A stretch of DNA of 64,000 nucleotides from Erysipelotrichales bacterium (GCA_022508525.1 JAFLVA010000005.1:22625-86624), one strand, 5' to 3'; shown: positions 1-10,561, counted from the first letter of the stretch. Numbers and translations: made by a program. The notes: generated by a model not told the origin, from the letters alone.

Positions 1-1061
1 GACATTCATATGGAAAGCTATTTCAAATACCATATATGAGTTATGATCATTCTTTTACTAAGCTTGATAATTATTTAGGAAAAGAATTCCGAAACTATTC
101 CTATTCAAATATTAAAACTTTTTTCCAATGCCAATTTAGATATTATCTATTAAATGTTTTGAAGCTTAATGAATACGAAGAGACTTTCGCCCAAAAACTC
201 GGGCTGCTATTTCATGATGTTTTGACACATGTATATGATGAAGATTTTGATTTTGAAAAGAAATACCTAGAATCTTTTGAAAAGTTTTCATTTGATGCAA
301 AAGAAAAAGTAATTTTAATACGTAAAAGAGAAGACTTAAAAGCGTTATGCTCAGTTTTATTAGAACAAAAAACTTCTATGAATTTTAAAGAAGTATATTT
401 TGAAGAAAAATTTGCTACTAAATTGAGTAATGATGTTATGATAAATGGCACGATTGATAAAATATTGATTACAAGTGATGGAGTATCTGATTATTATGCA
501 ATAATTGATTATAAAACCGGATCAGAAACCTTCAATAAAAAGGAAGTGCCGTTTGGTTTTTCTATGCAGCTTCCAACCTATGCCTTACTTTTAAGCGAAA
601 ATGATAAATTTAAAGAAATGGAAATGTTAGGCTTTTATATTCAAAAAGTTGTAATGAATAAAATAGGAATTCCAGAAGATAACGCATCTTTTTATCGTGA
701 TAGTTTTAAACTAATGGGAGAATCAACTAATGACATCGAAAAAATGAAAACATTTGATTCTACATGTGCAAGTTCTCTTTACATCAAATCATATGGTATT
801 ACCAAAAATGGTGATTTTAATAGGAACGCCAAAGTAAATTCTAAAGAAGATTTTGAAAATCTTATTAGAATAACAAAAGAAAACTATCTTAAAGCGGATG
901 ATGAAATCCAAAAAGGTAACTTTATAATCAATCCTAAAATAGTTGGAAATGAACAAAATTCACAATGCAAATTTTGTGAATTTAGTGATATTTGCAATGT
1001 TAAAGATCAAGATTACGTTTTTATTGAATTAAAAGGAGAAGAAGACAATGGCATGGACTAG
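1..1061 (+). CDS. addB: ATP-dependent helicase/nuclease subunit B (AddB/RexB), C-terminal part; 5' end lies outside the window
   Basis: The frame stays open from nt 3 to the listed ATG at 36, so the gene is cut by the window edge. RecB-type nuclease motif GTIDKI...IIDYKTG. Fe-S cysteines FFQCQF plus CKFCEFSDIC, typical of AddB. 14-nt overlap with addA. Confidence 0.85.
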   Translation, partial: HSYGKLFQIPYMSYDHSFTKLDNYLGKEFRNYSYSNIKTFFQCQFRYYLLNVLKLNEYEETFAQKLGLLFHDVLTHVYDEDFDFEKKYLESFEKFSFDAKEKVILIRKREDLKALCSVLLEQKTSMNFKEVYFEEKFATKLSNDVMINGTIDKILITSDGVSDYYAIIDYKTGSETFNKKEVPFGFSMQLPTYALLLSENDKFKEMEMLGFYIQKVVMNKIGIPEDNASFYRDSFKLMGESTNDIEKMKTFDSTCASSLYIKSYGITKNGDFNRNAKVNSKEDFENLIRITKENYLKADDEIQKGNFIINPKIVGNEQNSQCKFCEFSDICNVKDQDYVFIELKGEEDNGMD

Positions 1062-4000
1062 TGAACAATTAAGAGCAATTAATATTCGAAATGTCAATGC
1101 AATTGTATCGGCAGGCGCAGGCTCAGGAAAGACTGCGGTTTTGACTGAGAGAGCTTTTAATATCATTAAAAACAAGGAAGCTAATGTTGATGAATTACTA
1201 ATTTTAACTTTTACAAACGCTGCTGCGCATGAAATGAAAGAACGAATAATTGCTTTGCTACGTAATGAAAAATATTTTGAACAAGCAGATCAAGTTGAAG
1301 GTAGTAACGTTACAACTTTTGATGCTTATGCCTTATATTTAGTAAAAAAATACAATTATTATTTTGATATACCAAAAAACGTATCTATTTTAGATGAAAA
1401 TATTGTAAAAATTAAAGAATATGAAATACTAGATAAAATCTTTGATAATCTATATCAAGCTAATGATCGGGGTTTTATTGATTTAATTTCAACATTTGTA
1501 GTTAAGGATGATAGAGTAATAAAAGATTACATTATTAAGATTCTTCATTTGGCAGATTTAAAAATCAATAAAATGGAATATTTACTGAATCACAATGCAG
1601 AAATTTTTGATATTGAATACATTGAAAATTTATTAAACGAAGTTATAACAATTTCAAAAGACTATATAAAAGATTACATTAATATGTGTGATTATTTTGA
1701 AAATAGTGATGTTTCTTATGATATTATTGAGGCTCTTTCAAAATTAATAAATACAAATAGCTATGATGAATTTTACGAAGCATGTTCACTATTTAAACTT
1801 AAAGTGTTTAGAAATCTTTCTGAAGAAGATAAAGCACTTAAAGGTGCAATAGTGGGAGGATTTAAACCATTACGTGAACGTATCTTAAAAATGGGTTCAA
1901 AAGAAACTGTAATTAACTTTTTAACAAAAGAACAATATAAAAACGCCTATAAATATTTGTTTAATATTGCAATTCAATTGGATGAAGAGTTAAGAAATTT
2001 TAAAATTTCTAAGAATTCTTTTACATTTTCTGATATAGCTAAAATGGCATTAGAACTTGTAAATGATCAAAATATTAACAAAGAACTAAAAGAGTCTATT
2101 AAATTTATTATGGTTGATGAATATCAAGATACTTCAGATATTCAAGAAGCCTTTATAAGTAAACTTGCTAACAATAACCTTTTTATGGTTGGTGATACAA
2201 AACAATCAATTTACTCTTTCCGTAATGCAAATTGCAATATTTTTCAAAATAAGTATGAAGAGTATAAGAGTGGAGTGAATGGTGAAAAAATCGATTTAAA
2301 TTTTAACTTCAGAAGTAGACAAGAAGTGGTTGAAGATTTGAATATCATGTTTTCTGATTTGATGAGTAAAAAAATAGGTTCTGTTGATTATAAAATTGAT
2401 CATATTTCTAAAGCTGGTAATAATGATTACTTGATTTTGGGCGACAATCATGAAAACAATCATTTTGAAGTATTGTGTTTTGATTCTAGCGAGACTTCTT
2501 TAAAGAAAGCAGAATATGAAGCACACTTATTGGCACAAGATATTATCAATAAATTAAATGGCAATTATAAAGTATATGACAAAAAGAGTAAGTCATTAAG
2601 ATCTTGTAAATATTCTGACTTTGCGATTCTTATTGATAAGAAAAAACAATTTGAATTATATAAAAAAGTATTTGATAAATATCAAATTCCTTTGAAATCT
2701 TATCAAGATGACAAATTAATTTCTTCTCTTGTTGGTAATTTGTTTTATGATGCCTTGATGGTTATCCATAAAATAGGAAATGAACAATTTGATGTCGAAT
2801 TTAAACATACATTAATAGGTTTAATGCGTTCGTTTGCCTATCAAATGAGTGATTCAGAAATATATGACTACGTGCAAAGCGACTCTTTATTATTAACTAA
2901 AGCATACAAAGATATGGAAAGTATCGCTAAGTTAGTTTTTGATTTACCGCTTGGAGAAATAGTATTAAAACTATATGAAGTTCTTGATATTTATAATAAA
3001 TTAGTTTTAATTGGCGATATTGAAGAAAATGAAATAATTGTTGATCATTTATATAACGTTGCAAAAACAATGCAAGACCTAGATTATTCACTTGATGATT
3101 TTATAAAATACATTAATGATTTAAAAGAATTAGGAATTGATATTGATAGCAGTATAGATGATAGTGTTGATGATGTTGTAAAATTAATGACTATTCATAA
3201 ATCAAAAGGTCTTGAGTTTGCGATTGTTTATATGCCGCAATTAGAAAGCAATTTCTTTTTGTCTGGGGGCGATAGATCATCTTTTAAAACTAGTCTAGAA
3301 TATGGACTAATTCTTCCAATTATTGGAGAAAGTGATGATAAGTATCTAAATATACTTTCATTCTTAAACAGTGAAATAACAAAAAGTAAAACACTTTCTG
3401 AGCGTATAAGATTATTTTATGTTGCTTTGACACGTGCAAAGGAAAAGGCCATTCTTTTTATGGAAAAAAACGATAAGGATGAAATGTTTAATCTAAGAAA
3501 TTCACGTTCTTTTTATGACTTTTTAGCTTATTATCAAAACACTTCAAAAAACAAATTGCTTGAAAAAGAAGTTAAGTTTGTTGAAGTGAATTTACAAAAT
3601 GAAATGCCTAAACAATATGATGATTGTAATTTGTCTTATTTAGAAAGACCAGTAATTGAATTGCCTACAGCAAAAGATAAGGTTCGTGCATCAAAAATTG
3701 TTGATGAAAATTCTAATGTATCTGCTTTAGGATTTGGTAGTGAACTTCACTACTTACTCGAACTTATCGATTTTAAAACAAAAGATATTTCTTTTATAAA
3801 AGATGAAAAAAAGAAGAAATATTTGCGTAGTGTCTTAGAATTAGATTTATTTAAAGATATTGATCAGTTTAAAGTATTTAAAGAATATGCCTTTTCTGAT
3901 GAAGAAAATGAGATGATTGGTATTATTGACTTACTTTTAATAGGGGAAAGCGAAATAAAAATAATTGATTATAAAACAAAAAATATTGATGATGAAAGCT

Positions 4001-4110
4001 ATGAAAGGCAATTAAAAATTTATCAAAACTTTATTTCTAAAAAATTTAATATGCCTGTTCATACATATTTACTTTCAATCATTGATGCTCAATTAAAAGA
4101 GGTGAAATGA
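1048..4110 (+). CDS. addA: ATP-dependent helicase/nuclease subunit A (AddA/RexA), UvrD-type helicase with C-terminal RecB nuclease
   Basis: Walker A AGAGSGKT, MVDEYQDTS, IHKSKGLEF, YVALTRAKE. C-terminal nuclease motifs GSELHYLLE and IIDYKT. Size 1020 aa. Confidence 0.9.
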   Translation: MAWTSEQLRAINIRNVNAIVSAGAGSGKTAVLTERAFNIIKNKEANVDELLILTFTNAAAHEMKERIIALLRNEKYFEQADQVEGSNVTTFDAYALYLVKKYNYYFDIPKNVSILDENIVKIKEYEILDKIFDNLYQANDRGFIDLISTFVVKDDRVIKDYIIKILHLADLKINKMEYLLNHNAEIFDIEYIENLLNEVITISKDYIKDYINMCDYFENSDVSYDIIEALSKLINTNSYDEFYEACSLFKLKVFRNLSEEDKALKGAIVGGFKPLRERILKMGSKETVINFLTKEQYKNAYKYLFNIAIQLDEELRNFKISKNSFTFSDIAKMALELVNDQNINKELKESIKFIMVDEYQDTSDIQEAFISKLANNNLFMVGDTKQSIYSFRNANCNIFQNKYEEYKSGVNGEKIDLNFNFRSRQEVVEDLNIMFSDLMSKKIGSVDYKIDHISKAGNNDYLILGDNHENNHFEVLCFDSSETSLKKAEYEAHLLAQDIINKLNGNYKVYDKKSKSLRSCKYSDFAILIDKKKQFELYKKVFDKYQIPLKSYQDDKLISSLVGNLFYDALMVIHKIGNEQFDVEFKHTLIGLMRSFAYQMSDSEIYDYVQSDSLLLTKAYKDMESIAKLVFDLPLGEIVLKLYEVLDIYNKLVLIGDIEENEIIVDHLYNVAKTMQDLDYSLDDFIKYINDLKELGIDIDSSIDDSVDDVVKLMTIHKSKGLEFAIVYMPQLESNFFLSGGDRSSFKTSLEYGLILPIIGESDDKYLNILSFLNSEITKSKTLSERIRLFYVALTRAKEKAILFMEKNDKDEMFNLRNSRSFYDFLAYYQNTSKNKLLEKEVKFVEVNLQNEMPKQYDDCNLSYLERPVIELPTAKDKVRASKIVDENSNVSALGFGSELHYLLELIDFKTKDISFIKDEKKKKYLRSVLELDLFKDIDQFKVFKEYAFSDEENEMIGIIDLLLIGESEIKIIDYKTKNIDDESYERQLKIYQNFISKKFNMPVHTYLLSIIDAQLKEVK

Positions 4111-4511
4111 TGGAAATAAGATGTGTACAAATCATTATCATTTATCAAAAAGAAATTTTGGTATTAGAAGAAGAGACAAAAAACAAAACAAAAATCACAC
4201 TTCCTCTTGGAATAATTCATCCTGGAGAAAGTAATTTACAATCTGCAATTCGAAGTTGTTATGAAGAGACTGGAATAATTGTCACACAAAAGGATTTGGT
4301 TAAAGATTTAAATGCATACACCATATATAAAAGCGATGTGACCACAACGATAAAACCATTAGTGTTTCGCTTATATGATAAACAGATGCCAGTGTTAATG
4401 AGTGAGAAGATATCTCGCATTTACTATATGAGAATCTCACAGTTTAAAGAGAAGTGTAAATATAACAAAGAACTAAATATGATTGAAGAATCAATAAAGT
4501 TTTTGGAATAA
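4107..4511 (+). CDS. small NUDIX-family hydrolase
   Basis: Nudix box GIIHPGE-x7-RSCYEETGI (GX5EX7REUXEEXGU with RE->RS). ATGA start/stop overlap with addA. Confidence 0.65.
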   Translation: MMEIRCVQIIIIYQKEILVLEEETKNKTKITLPLGIIHPGESNLQSAIRSCYEETGIIVTQKDLVKDLNAYTIYKSDVTTTIKPLVFRLYDKQMPVLMSEKISRIYYMRISQFKEKCKYNKELNMIEESIKFLE

Positions 4512-4526
4512 AATTATGCTAATAAG

Positions 4527-4572
4527 TTCTAGAAATGTTGTTAATTTTAATGACATTAACTAGAATTTTTTT
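4527..4572 (+). terminator. rho-independent terminator of the addBA-nudix operon
   Basis: Inverted repeat TTCTAGAAATGT / ACATTAACTAGAA followed by T7. Confidence 0.7.
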
Positions 4573-4808
4573 GTTGCAACAGCTTCGTAAAGGGAATTAA
4601 CATATTGTATAAAAAGATATTTATTTTTTTTATTGAAAAAATTTGATTTTCTCTTAATTTGTGGGAAAATCTCATTAAATCGGATGATTTCATTTTTTTG
4701 TGCGAATAAAAAAAATATCCTTTTTTTAACAAAGCTAAAAAATGTATTTTATTTGCTTTTTTTAAATGTTATTATAACTTTGTAGAATAATTTACATGGA
4801 GGATAACA

Positions 4809-6482
4809 ATGAATAATTTTAAAAATCGAAAGTTGCTGCCCAAAGCATTACTTTTAATGTTTTTAGTAATGTCTTTAGGAGCATGTGGTAAAAAAACAAA
4901 TAGTTCTAGTACTTCAACTAGTGTGGATACAAGTGCACCTGGTAGTGAATCAAGTGTTGGCACTAGCGGGGGTGTAGGAAGCAATAGTAGTAGCAATTCT
5001 ACAATTGTAAACGAAGATAAAAAATTCGAAGACATTGATCAAACATTACCAAACATTGATGTAACACAAAAGAATTTTAAAACAAGAGATTTTGTGACTT
5101 TTCCAACATTTACAACAGATCGAAGTGAAGCAGTGAAACCAAATACTTTCCTTTACTCAGAAAATTTGAGTTATGAGCTTAGTGAAGATGGAAGTCACTA
5201 TATTGTTAAAGGCTTTGCACCTTGGATGGAAGCAGGTAATGATGTTTATATTAAACCTTATATAGGTGACATTCCTGTTACTGAAATCGCCACTGAGTCA
5301 TTTGGATATAAATGGTATGTTTTTAACATTTATATTCCACATACAATTACTAATATCGGTGCAGGTGCTTTTAACGCATGTGGTATAAAGAATTTATACT
5401 ATGATGGAAATGTTGAAGACTTCTTATCTAGTAACTGGATATTCTATCCGCAAGATAGTGCAACAACACCGCCAAATAATATGGTTCAAAATATTGATAT
5501 TGTAATTGGACCAAATGTCACAAGAATTCCGGGAAGATTTATGCTTCCTCTTGGAACTCACGCTACTTATGTTCCAAATGTTAAATCATTGCGATTCTGT
5601 AAAGATTCAAAAGTAACATCAATTGGTGAATATGCATTTTATAATAGCGCTAAATTAAAAGAATTGTATCTACCTGATTCTCTTACATCAATTGAAAATC
5701 ACGCTTTCTACAATACTTCAATTGAGGAATTATATCTACCTGATAATCTTGTAAGTATTGGAGAACAAGCATTTATGATGGATGATGACATTAAAATGGT
5801 TCGTTTCCCATCAAGCTTAAAAAGTATTGGCTATGAAGCATTTTATGCTAATAAGTCATTAGAATATGTAGACTTATTTGAAACAAAAATTGAAACTTTA
5901 GAAGATGCAGTCTTCAAAGAATGCTCAAATTTAAAAAATGTTGTACTCCCAAATAGTTTAAAAGAAATAAATGATTCTGTATTTGAAAATGATATTTCTT
6001 TAAAGTTTATTGATATTTTAAATAGCGTAGAGTCAATTGGTATGAAAGCCTTCGCTAATTGTGAATCAATGAGTTACATTAGACTAGGTGAAAATTTGAA
6101 AAACATTGGAAATGAATGTTTCAAAAATAACGTTAAACTTTCTCGATTAATTATTAATTCAAAAGAAATTCAAGATTTGCCATCCAATAATAAAATATTC
6201 ATTAATTGTGGTAAAGAAAGTGGAAATCTAGAAGTATTATTTACTAGTTCAGTAAAAAGTATCGCTAAAAGAATGTTTTTCTCTTCAGCACTACTTGATG
6301 AATCAATTTTAATTAAAAGATTAGATTTATCAGCAGGACTTGAAAAAGTAAATGATTATGCTATTTATAACTGCCGTGTCGAAACTTTAGTGTTTAATGG
6401 TACTGCACAAGAATTTGGTGCATTAGACATTTCAAATTTAAATGAACTTCCAAGTGAAGTTAATTGTAGAGGAGGAAAATAA
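4809..6482 (+). CDS. surface lipoprotein with BspA-type leucine-rich repeats
   Basis: GGAGG RBS. Signal peptide with lipobox LGAC. S/T/G-rich linker. Repeated units of the type I..IG..AF..C..L..(I/V).(L/I)P.S(L/V) (e.g. VTSIGEYAFYNSAKLKELYLPDSLTSIENHAFYNTSIEELYLPDNLVSIGEQAF). Confidence 0.75.
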   Translation: MNNFKNRKLLPKALLLMFLVMSLGACGKKTNSSSTSTSVDTSAPGSESSVGTSGGVGSNSSSNSTIVNEDKKFEDIDQTLPNIDVTQKNFKTRDFVTFPTFTTDRSEAVKPNTFLYSENLSYELSEDGSHYIVKGFAPWMEAGNDVYIKPYIGDIPVTEIATESFGYKWYVFNIYIPHTITNIGAGAFNACGIKNLYYDGNVEDFLSSNWIFYPQDSATTPPNNMVQNIDIVIGPNVTRIPGRFMLPLGTHATYVPNVKSLRFCKDSKVTSIGEYAFYNSAKLKELYLPDSLTSIENHAFYNTSIEELYLPDNLVSIGEQAFMMDDDIKMVRFPSSLKSIGYEAFYANKSLEYVDLFETKIETLEDAVFKECSNLKNVVLPNSLKEINDSVFENDISLKFIDILNSVESIGMKAFANCESMSYIRLGENLKNIGNECFKNNVKLSRLIINSKEIQDLPSNNKIFINCGKESGNLEVLFTSSVKSIAKRMFFSSALLDESILIKRLDLSAGLEKVNDYAIYNCRVETLVFNGTAQEFGALDISNLNELPSEVNCRGGK

Positions 6483-6483
6483 A

Positions 6484-9261
6484 ATGAAAAAGTTCATTAA
6501 ATTATTATTTGCAGCTTCAGTTTTATTTGCTCCTTTATTATCTAGTAATGTTAAAACTGCAATAGCAAGTCAAGAGGAATATGAGATTTATCCACTTCCT
6601 CATGATATTGAATATCACGATGATTATTTCAATATTCCTAAATCAATGACTTGTTATTTTGAAGAAGGAATTGATGAGTCGACTAAAAATCGTGCTTATG
6701 ATGTTTTAGGCGGACATGATATTATTGCAAAGCCAAGTGATAAAATTTCCGGTACATATAATTTAATTATTGGTATTTATGATAATAAAGGATATGCCTA
6801 TAATCATTCATCAAGTGTCGACTATATTGAAACAAAATTTGATGCTTATTATCTAAAAGTTGAAAAAGAAAATATTATAATTCTTGGTAAAGATACTGAT
6901 GCAGCTTTCTATGGTTTAGCAAGTTTGGAATATATCTTTAATCAAGTGACAAATAAAGTAAGAACATTAGAAATTCGTGATTATTCAGATAGTAAATATC
7001 GTGGATTTATTGAAGGATTCTATGGCACTCCTCATTCTCCAGAACAACGTGAAGAATTAATGAGATTTGGATCTAAAAATAAGGCTAATATCTATATCTA
7101 TGCTCCAAAAGATGATCAATATCATTCTTCTAAGTGGCGTAGTTTATATGATGATCTTGCTTATACACGTTTAAAAGAGCAAGTAGCAGAAGGAATAAGA
7201 ACTAAAACTAGATTCTGCTATGCATTGCATCCATTTATTAATGATCCAATTACACCTAGTAATTATGATATTTCCATGCAACAATTATTTGCTAAATTAC
7301 AACAAATTTATGATGCTGGTGTTCGCCAATTCTGTATTTCTGGTGATGATGCTATATTGCCTTATGGAATGACATCTTCTGAATATGCCAAAATGCAAAA
7401 TGGAATCTTAAATACAATTTCTAATTGGGTAAAACAAAAAGGTGATTGCTATAACTTAGTATTTGTATCAAGTGCTTATTGCTATAAGAGTGAATATTGG
7501 TTAGGCTTTGATTTAGAAACTTACTATCAAGGTTTAATGAACGCAGATGGTACAGCTTTAGATGAATCAATCGAAATTATGTGGACGGGAAATGATGTCT
7601 GTTCTACATTGGGCGATGGTCATTTACCAGACTTCATTAGAATGACAGGACGTAAACCATTTATTTGGATGAACTATCCGGTTAATGACTTCAATCCTAA
7701 AATTATTTTGATGGGACCTGGAGAAGTTTATAACCTTGAATTAGAAGATGAAGTGTTGTTTACAGGTATTGTCGCTAACATGGCTTTAGAAGCAGAACCT
7801 TCAAAAGTTGCAATATTCAACACTTGTGACTATACATGGAATTCATTTGATTATGATATGTACACATCATATGATAATTCATTTAAATATATTGAGGCTA
7901 ATGCTTACGAGGCATTACGTGAAATTTGTCAACATTTAAGAAATACTGGTAATCTCTTCTCGGGTGCATATTTTACCGAAGGAACAGAATTATTAGAATT
8001 AATTGAAAAATTCGAACTAGCAAGAGAAAAAGACTCTTATAAAGAAGAAACTGAAGATTTAATTGAATATTTTGTTAAGCTAAAGAATGCTTGTAAAACA
8101 TTTAAAGAAACTGCTGCAAATAAAGCATTGTTAAAAACAATGAAACCATGGGTTGATGGTATTGAATTTGCCGCACTCAGTGGTGAAGGATATTTAACTG
8201 CTATTTTACATCAAAATGATTATGCTCAATCAAAACTTAACTATATTGTTAAAGAAGCTGAACTAAATCAATTAGCAGCAACACATAGAAATATTAAATC
8301 TCCAAACGCTGTAACTTATAACCAACCATATGTTGATGTTATGTTCGGACACAATGTGTTAATGCCATTTATTAATGATTTAAATGCTATTGCTAAAAAT
8401 GAAGCTAGCTCCGATGGAGTTAAAATCTTAATGAATTATGGTGAAGGTGACTATGTTTCAAAAATTTACGATGGATTATTAAACAACATGGTTGATGGTG
8501 ATTTAAATACTTATGTAACATTTGAAAAACCTAGTGGCACCGACTCATTCTATATGTTCCCATTTGATATCACTCTTGATTATGGAACAACACAAAGCAT
8601 TTCAAAAATTGATATCTATCAAGGTTCTCCAAATAGCTGGATTCCATTTGCAGAGTGTATGCGTGGAGATATCCTTGCTTCTAATGATGGAGTAAATTGG
8701 ACACATCTAGTACGAATGACACTAGATCCTGAATCACCGGATGCTGATCATCCACGTGGTCTTCCTTATGAATCATTTACTTTTGATACTCCAATTGAAG
8801 CAAGATATTTGAAATTCGCTAATTACTATACAGTATGTTGGATTACGATTCGCGAAATTGCTATTAACGATTCGCTCTTACATCCGGCACAAGGAACTAT
8901 GTATTATAATGGATTGGAGTTACAAAACGATTCTAAAGTAGATGATATTCTTGACAATGATAGTAGTACTTCAGTAGCATTTACTGCAACAGAAGAAAAT
9001 ACTAATGTATTAATTGATTTATTATCTATTAAGAACGCTAGTGGATTACATGTCCTATTTGAAGAAAACAAATCTCTTTCTAACTACAAAATTGAGATCT
9101 CCAAAGATGGATATGACTTTGAAATTTTAGAAACTGATTTAACAAACTATGAAACTTTAATTAATTTTGATACAATTAAAGAGATAAGATATTTAAGACT
9201 TAGCGGTATGACTGAGGCAAATAAACAAATTGTCTTAACAGATTTTACAACATTGAATTAA
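6484..9261 (+). CDS. secreted GH84-family beta-N-acetylglucosaminidase (O-GlcNAcase/NagJ-like) with two C-terminal discoidin/CBM32-like modules
   Basis: Start moved to ATG 6484 (GGAGG RBS; MKKFIKLLFAASVLFAPLL signal peptide). GH84 signature YRGFIEGFYGTPHSPEQREELMRFGSKNKANIYIYAPKDDQYH. Catalytic DD in GVRQFCISGDDA. C-terminal ARYLKF...WITIREIAIN and IRYLRLSG modules. Confidence 0.85.
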   Translation: MKKFIKLLFAASVLFAPLLSSNVKTAIASQEEYEIYPLPHDIEYHDDYFNIPKSMTCYFEEGIDESTKNRAYDVLGGHDIIAKPSDKISGTYNLIIGIYDNKGYAYNHSSSVDYIETKFDAYYLKVEKENIIILGKDTDAAFYGLASLEYIFNQVTNKVRTLEIRDYSDSKYRGFIEGFYGTPHSPEQREELMRFGSKNKANIYIYAPKDDQYHSSKWRSLYDDLAYTRLKEQVAEGIRTKTRFCYALHPFINDPITPSNYDISMQQLFAKLQQIYDAGVRQFCISGDDAILPYGMTSSEYAKMQNGILNTISNWVKQKGDCYNLVFVSSAYCYKSEYWLGFDLETYYQGLMNADGTALDESIEIMWTGNDVCSTLGDGHLPDFIRMTGRKPFIWMNYPVNDFNPKIILMGPGEVYNLELEDEVLFTGIVANMALEAEPSKVAIFNTCDYTWNSFDYDMYTSYDNSFKYIEANAYEALREICQHLRNTGNLFSGAYFTEGTELLELIEKFELAREKDSYKEETEDLIEYFVKLKNACKTFKETAANKALLKTMKPWVDGIEFAALSGEGYLTAILHQNDYAQSKLNYIVKEAELNQLAATHRNIKSPNAVTYNQPYVDVMFGHNVLMPFINDLNAIAKNEASSDGVKILMNYGEGDYVSKIYDGLLNNMVDGDLNTYVTFEKPSGTDSFYMFPFDITLDYGTTQSISKIDIYQGSPNSWIPFAECMRGDILASNDGVNWTHLVRMTLDPESPDADHPRGLPYESFTFDTPIEARYLKFANYYTVCWITIREIAINDSLLHPAQGTMYYNGLELQNDSKVDDILDNDSSTSVAFTATEENTNVLIDLLSIKNASGLHVLFEENKSLSNYKIEISKDGYDFEILETDLTNYETLINFDTIKEIRYLRLSGMTEANKQIVLTDFTTLN

Positions 9262-9275
9262 GGAGAAAACGAATT

Positions 9276-10427
9276 ATGAAATTATTATTGCCGTTATTAG
9301 CTGTTGGATTAATTGCAGGTCATGGACCAGCAAGACTCAATAACAAAATTAGTGATGCTGATTTTTGTTTTTATGAAAATACTAAAATAGAAGAAAAATA
9401 TGGTGATGGTTATAAATTTGACCAAGTACTTAATGTTTCTGGTGTTGATTGGGTATTCTCAAACTTTGCTTATGGATTAGATAATCCAAGTCATCAACCA
9501 AGTGTTACACGTAAAGGTCTATACACTAATACAATTTGGGATGTAAGTGCAAACTTAAACGTTGATGCTTTGGATAACGAAGGATCACCTTTCTATTCAT
9601 CTATATATAAAGACGAATATAGAAGTTTACTAAATGGTCGTCCAAATAATTTATTCACTTATAATTCAGTTATTATGAGTAAGGATTATTTGCCTGCTAA
9701 ATCAATCGAAGATATTACATTATTTACTTCTTATTCTACAGGTTCAGTAGGTATTGTTATGATGGTTCAACCAGAGGGAGAAGATTGGAAACCACTATAT
9801 CACGTTGCTGATAGCCATTTTATGAGCCACTATACTGGCACCATTGATGATCTTATTGATGATGGTGTTTCAAATAGTTTCGCTCCTGAAGAAACAATTA
9901 GTATAGACGGAACTTCATACACCAGATATTTTGATGGCTATTGTTTATATGAAGATGTTAAATATGGTAATATTCCTAATAAACCATTTAAATTTGCATT
10001 TGTCTTACAAGCATCTGCAAACTACCAATTTGATTTTGTTTTAGATGGAATTGTTGTTAATAAAAAGGAATCAATAAAAAATTATCTTGATGGTATTTTA
10101 AATAAAGATATTTGTGATAATGGATTTGATTCTAACCTATCTGAATCATTTGCTCTTATGAATAAAATCATGAGTGAAAGCGATATTGAATATTTACAAA
10201 GTGAATTCCACGATGATGGAAAGACATCATACTATAACACTTACAAATATTTAAACGATAGAATTTTTGAATCAGAAAATGATGCAATTCTTGATAATGG
10301 ATTATATTTGATTTTAAGTAGTGGATTAGAATCATGTTCTGGTATCATTGTAATTAGCGGATTGATCTTATTATCTGTGGGTGCATACTTCCTTGTCATC
10401 AGACGTAAAACAAAAAGACAAAACTAA
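9276..10427 (+). CDS. hypothetical secreted protein with a C-terminal transmembrane anchor
   Basis: AAGGAG RBS 14 nt after the GH84 stop. N-terminal signal-like MKLLLPLLAVGLIAG. C-terminal IIVISGLILLSVGAYFLVIRRKTKRQN (TM plus basic tail, no LPXTG). Confidence 0.6.
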   Translation: MKLLLPLLAVGLIAGHGPARLNNKISDADFCFYENTKIEEKYGDGYKFDQVLNVSGVDWVFSNFAYGLDNPSHQPSVTRKGLYTNTIWDVSANLNVDALDNEGSPFYSSIYKDEYRSLLNGRPNNLFTYNSVIMSKDYLPAKSIEDITLFTSYSTGSVGIVMMVQPEGEDWKPLYHVADSHFMSHYTGTIDDLIDDGVSNSFAPEETISIDGTSYTRYFDGYCLYEDVKYGNIPNKPFKFAFVLQASANYQFDFVLDGIVVNKKESIKNYLDGILNKDICDNGFDSNLSESFALMNKIMSESDIEYLQSEFHDDGKTSYYNTYKYLNDRIFESENDAILDNGLYLILSSGLESCSGIIVISGLILLSVGAYFLVIRRKTKRQN

Positions 10428-10448
10428 TAAGCACTAATTCAAAAACCT

Positions 10449-10475
10449 AGGCACATTGAGAAATGTGCCTTTTTC
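10449..10475 (+). terminator. rho-independent terminator
   Basis: AGGCACATT-gaga-AATGTGCCT followed by TTTT. Confidence 0.8.
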
Positions 10476-10502
10476 TTTGCTTGTAAAATATTAAAAGAAT
10501 AG

Positions 10503-10531
10503 TTGACATATTATGGTTAAGTTCATATAAT
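10503..10531 (+). promoter_or_regulatory. consensus sigma-A promoter of the metal-efflux operon
   Basis: TTGACA (10503-10508), 17-nt spacer, TATAAT (10526-10531). Confidence 0.75.
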
Positions 10532-10541
10532 ATAGTTGAAC

Positions 10542-10561
10542 ATTTGAATAATCGTTCAAAT
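10542..10561 (+). promoter_or_regulatory. ArsR/SmtB-type operator O1 (inverted repeat)
   Basis: ATTTGAAtaatcgTTCAAAT: perfect 7-bp arms, 11 nt downstream of the -10 hexamer. Confidence 0.6.
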
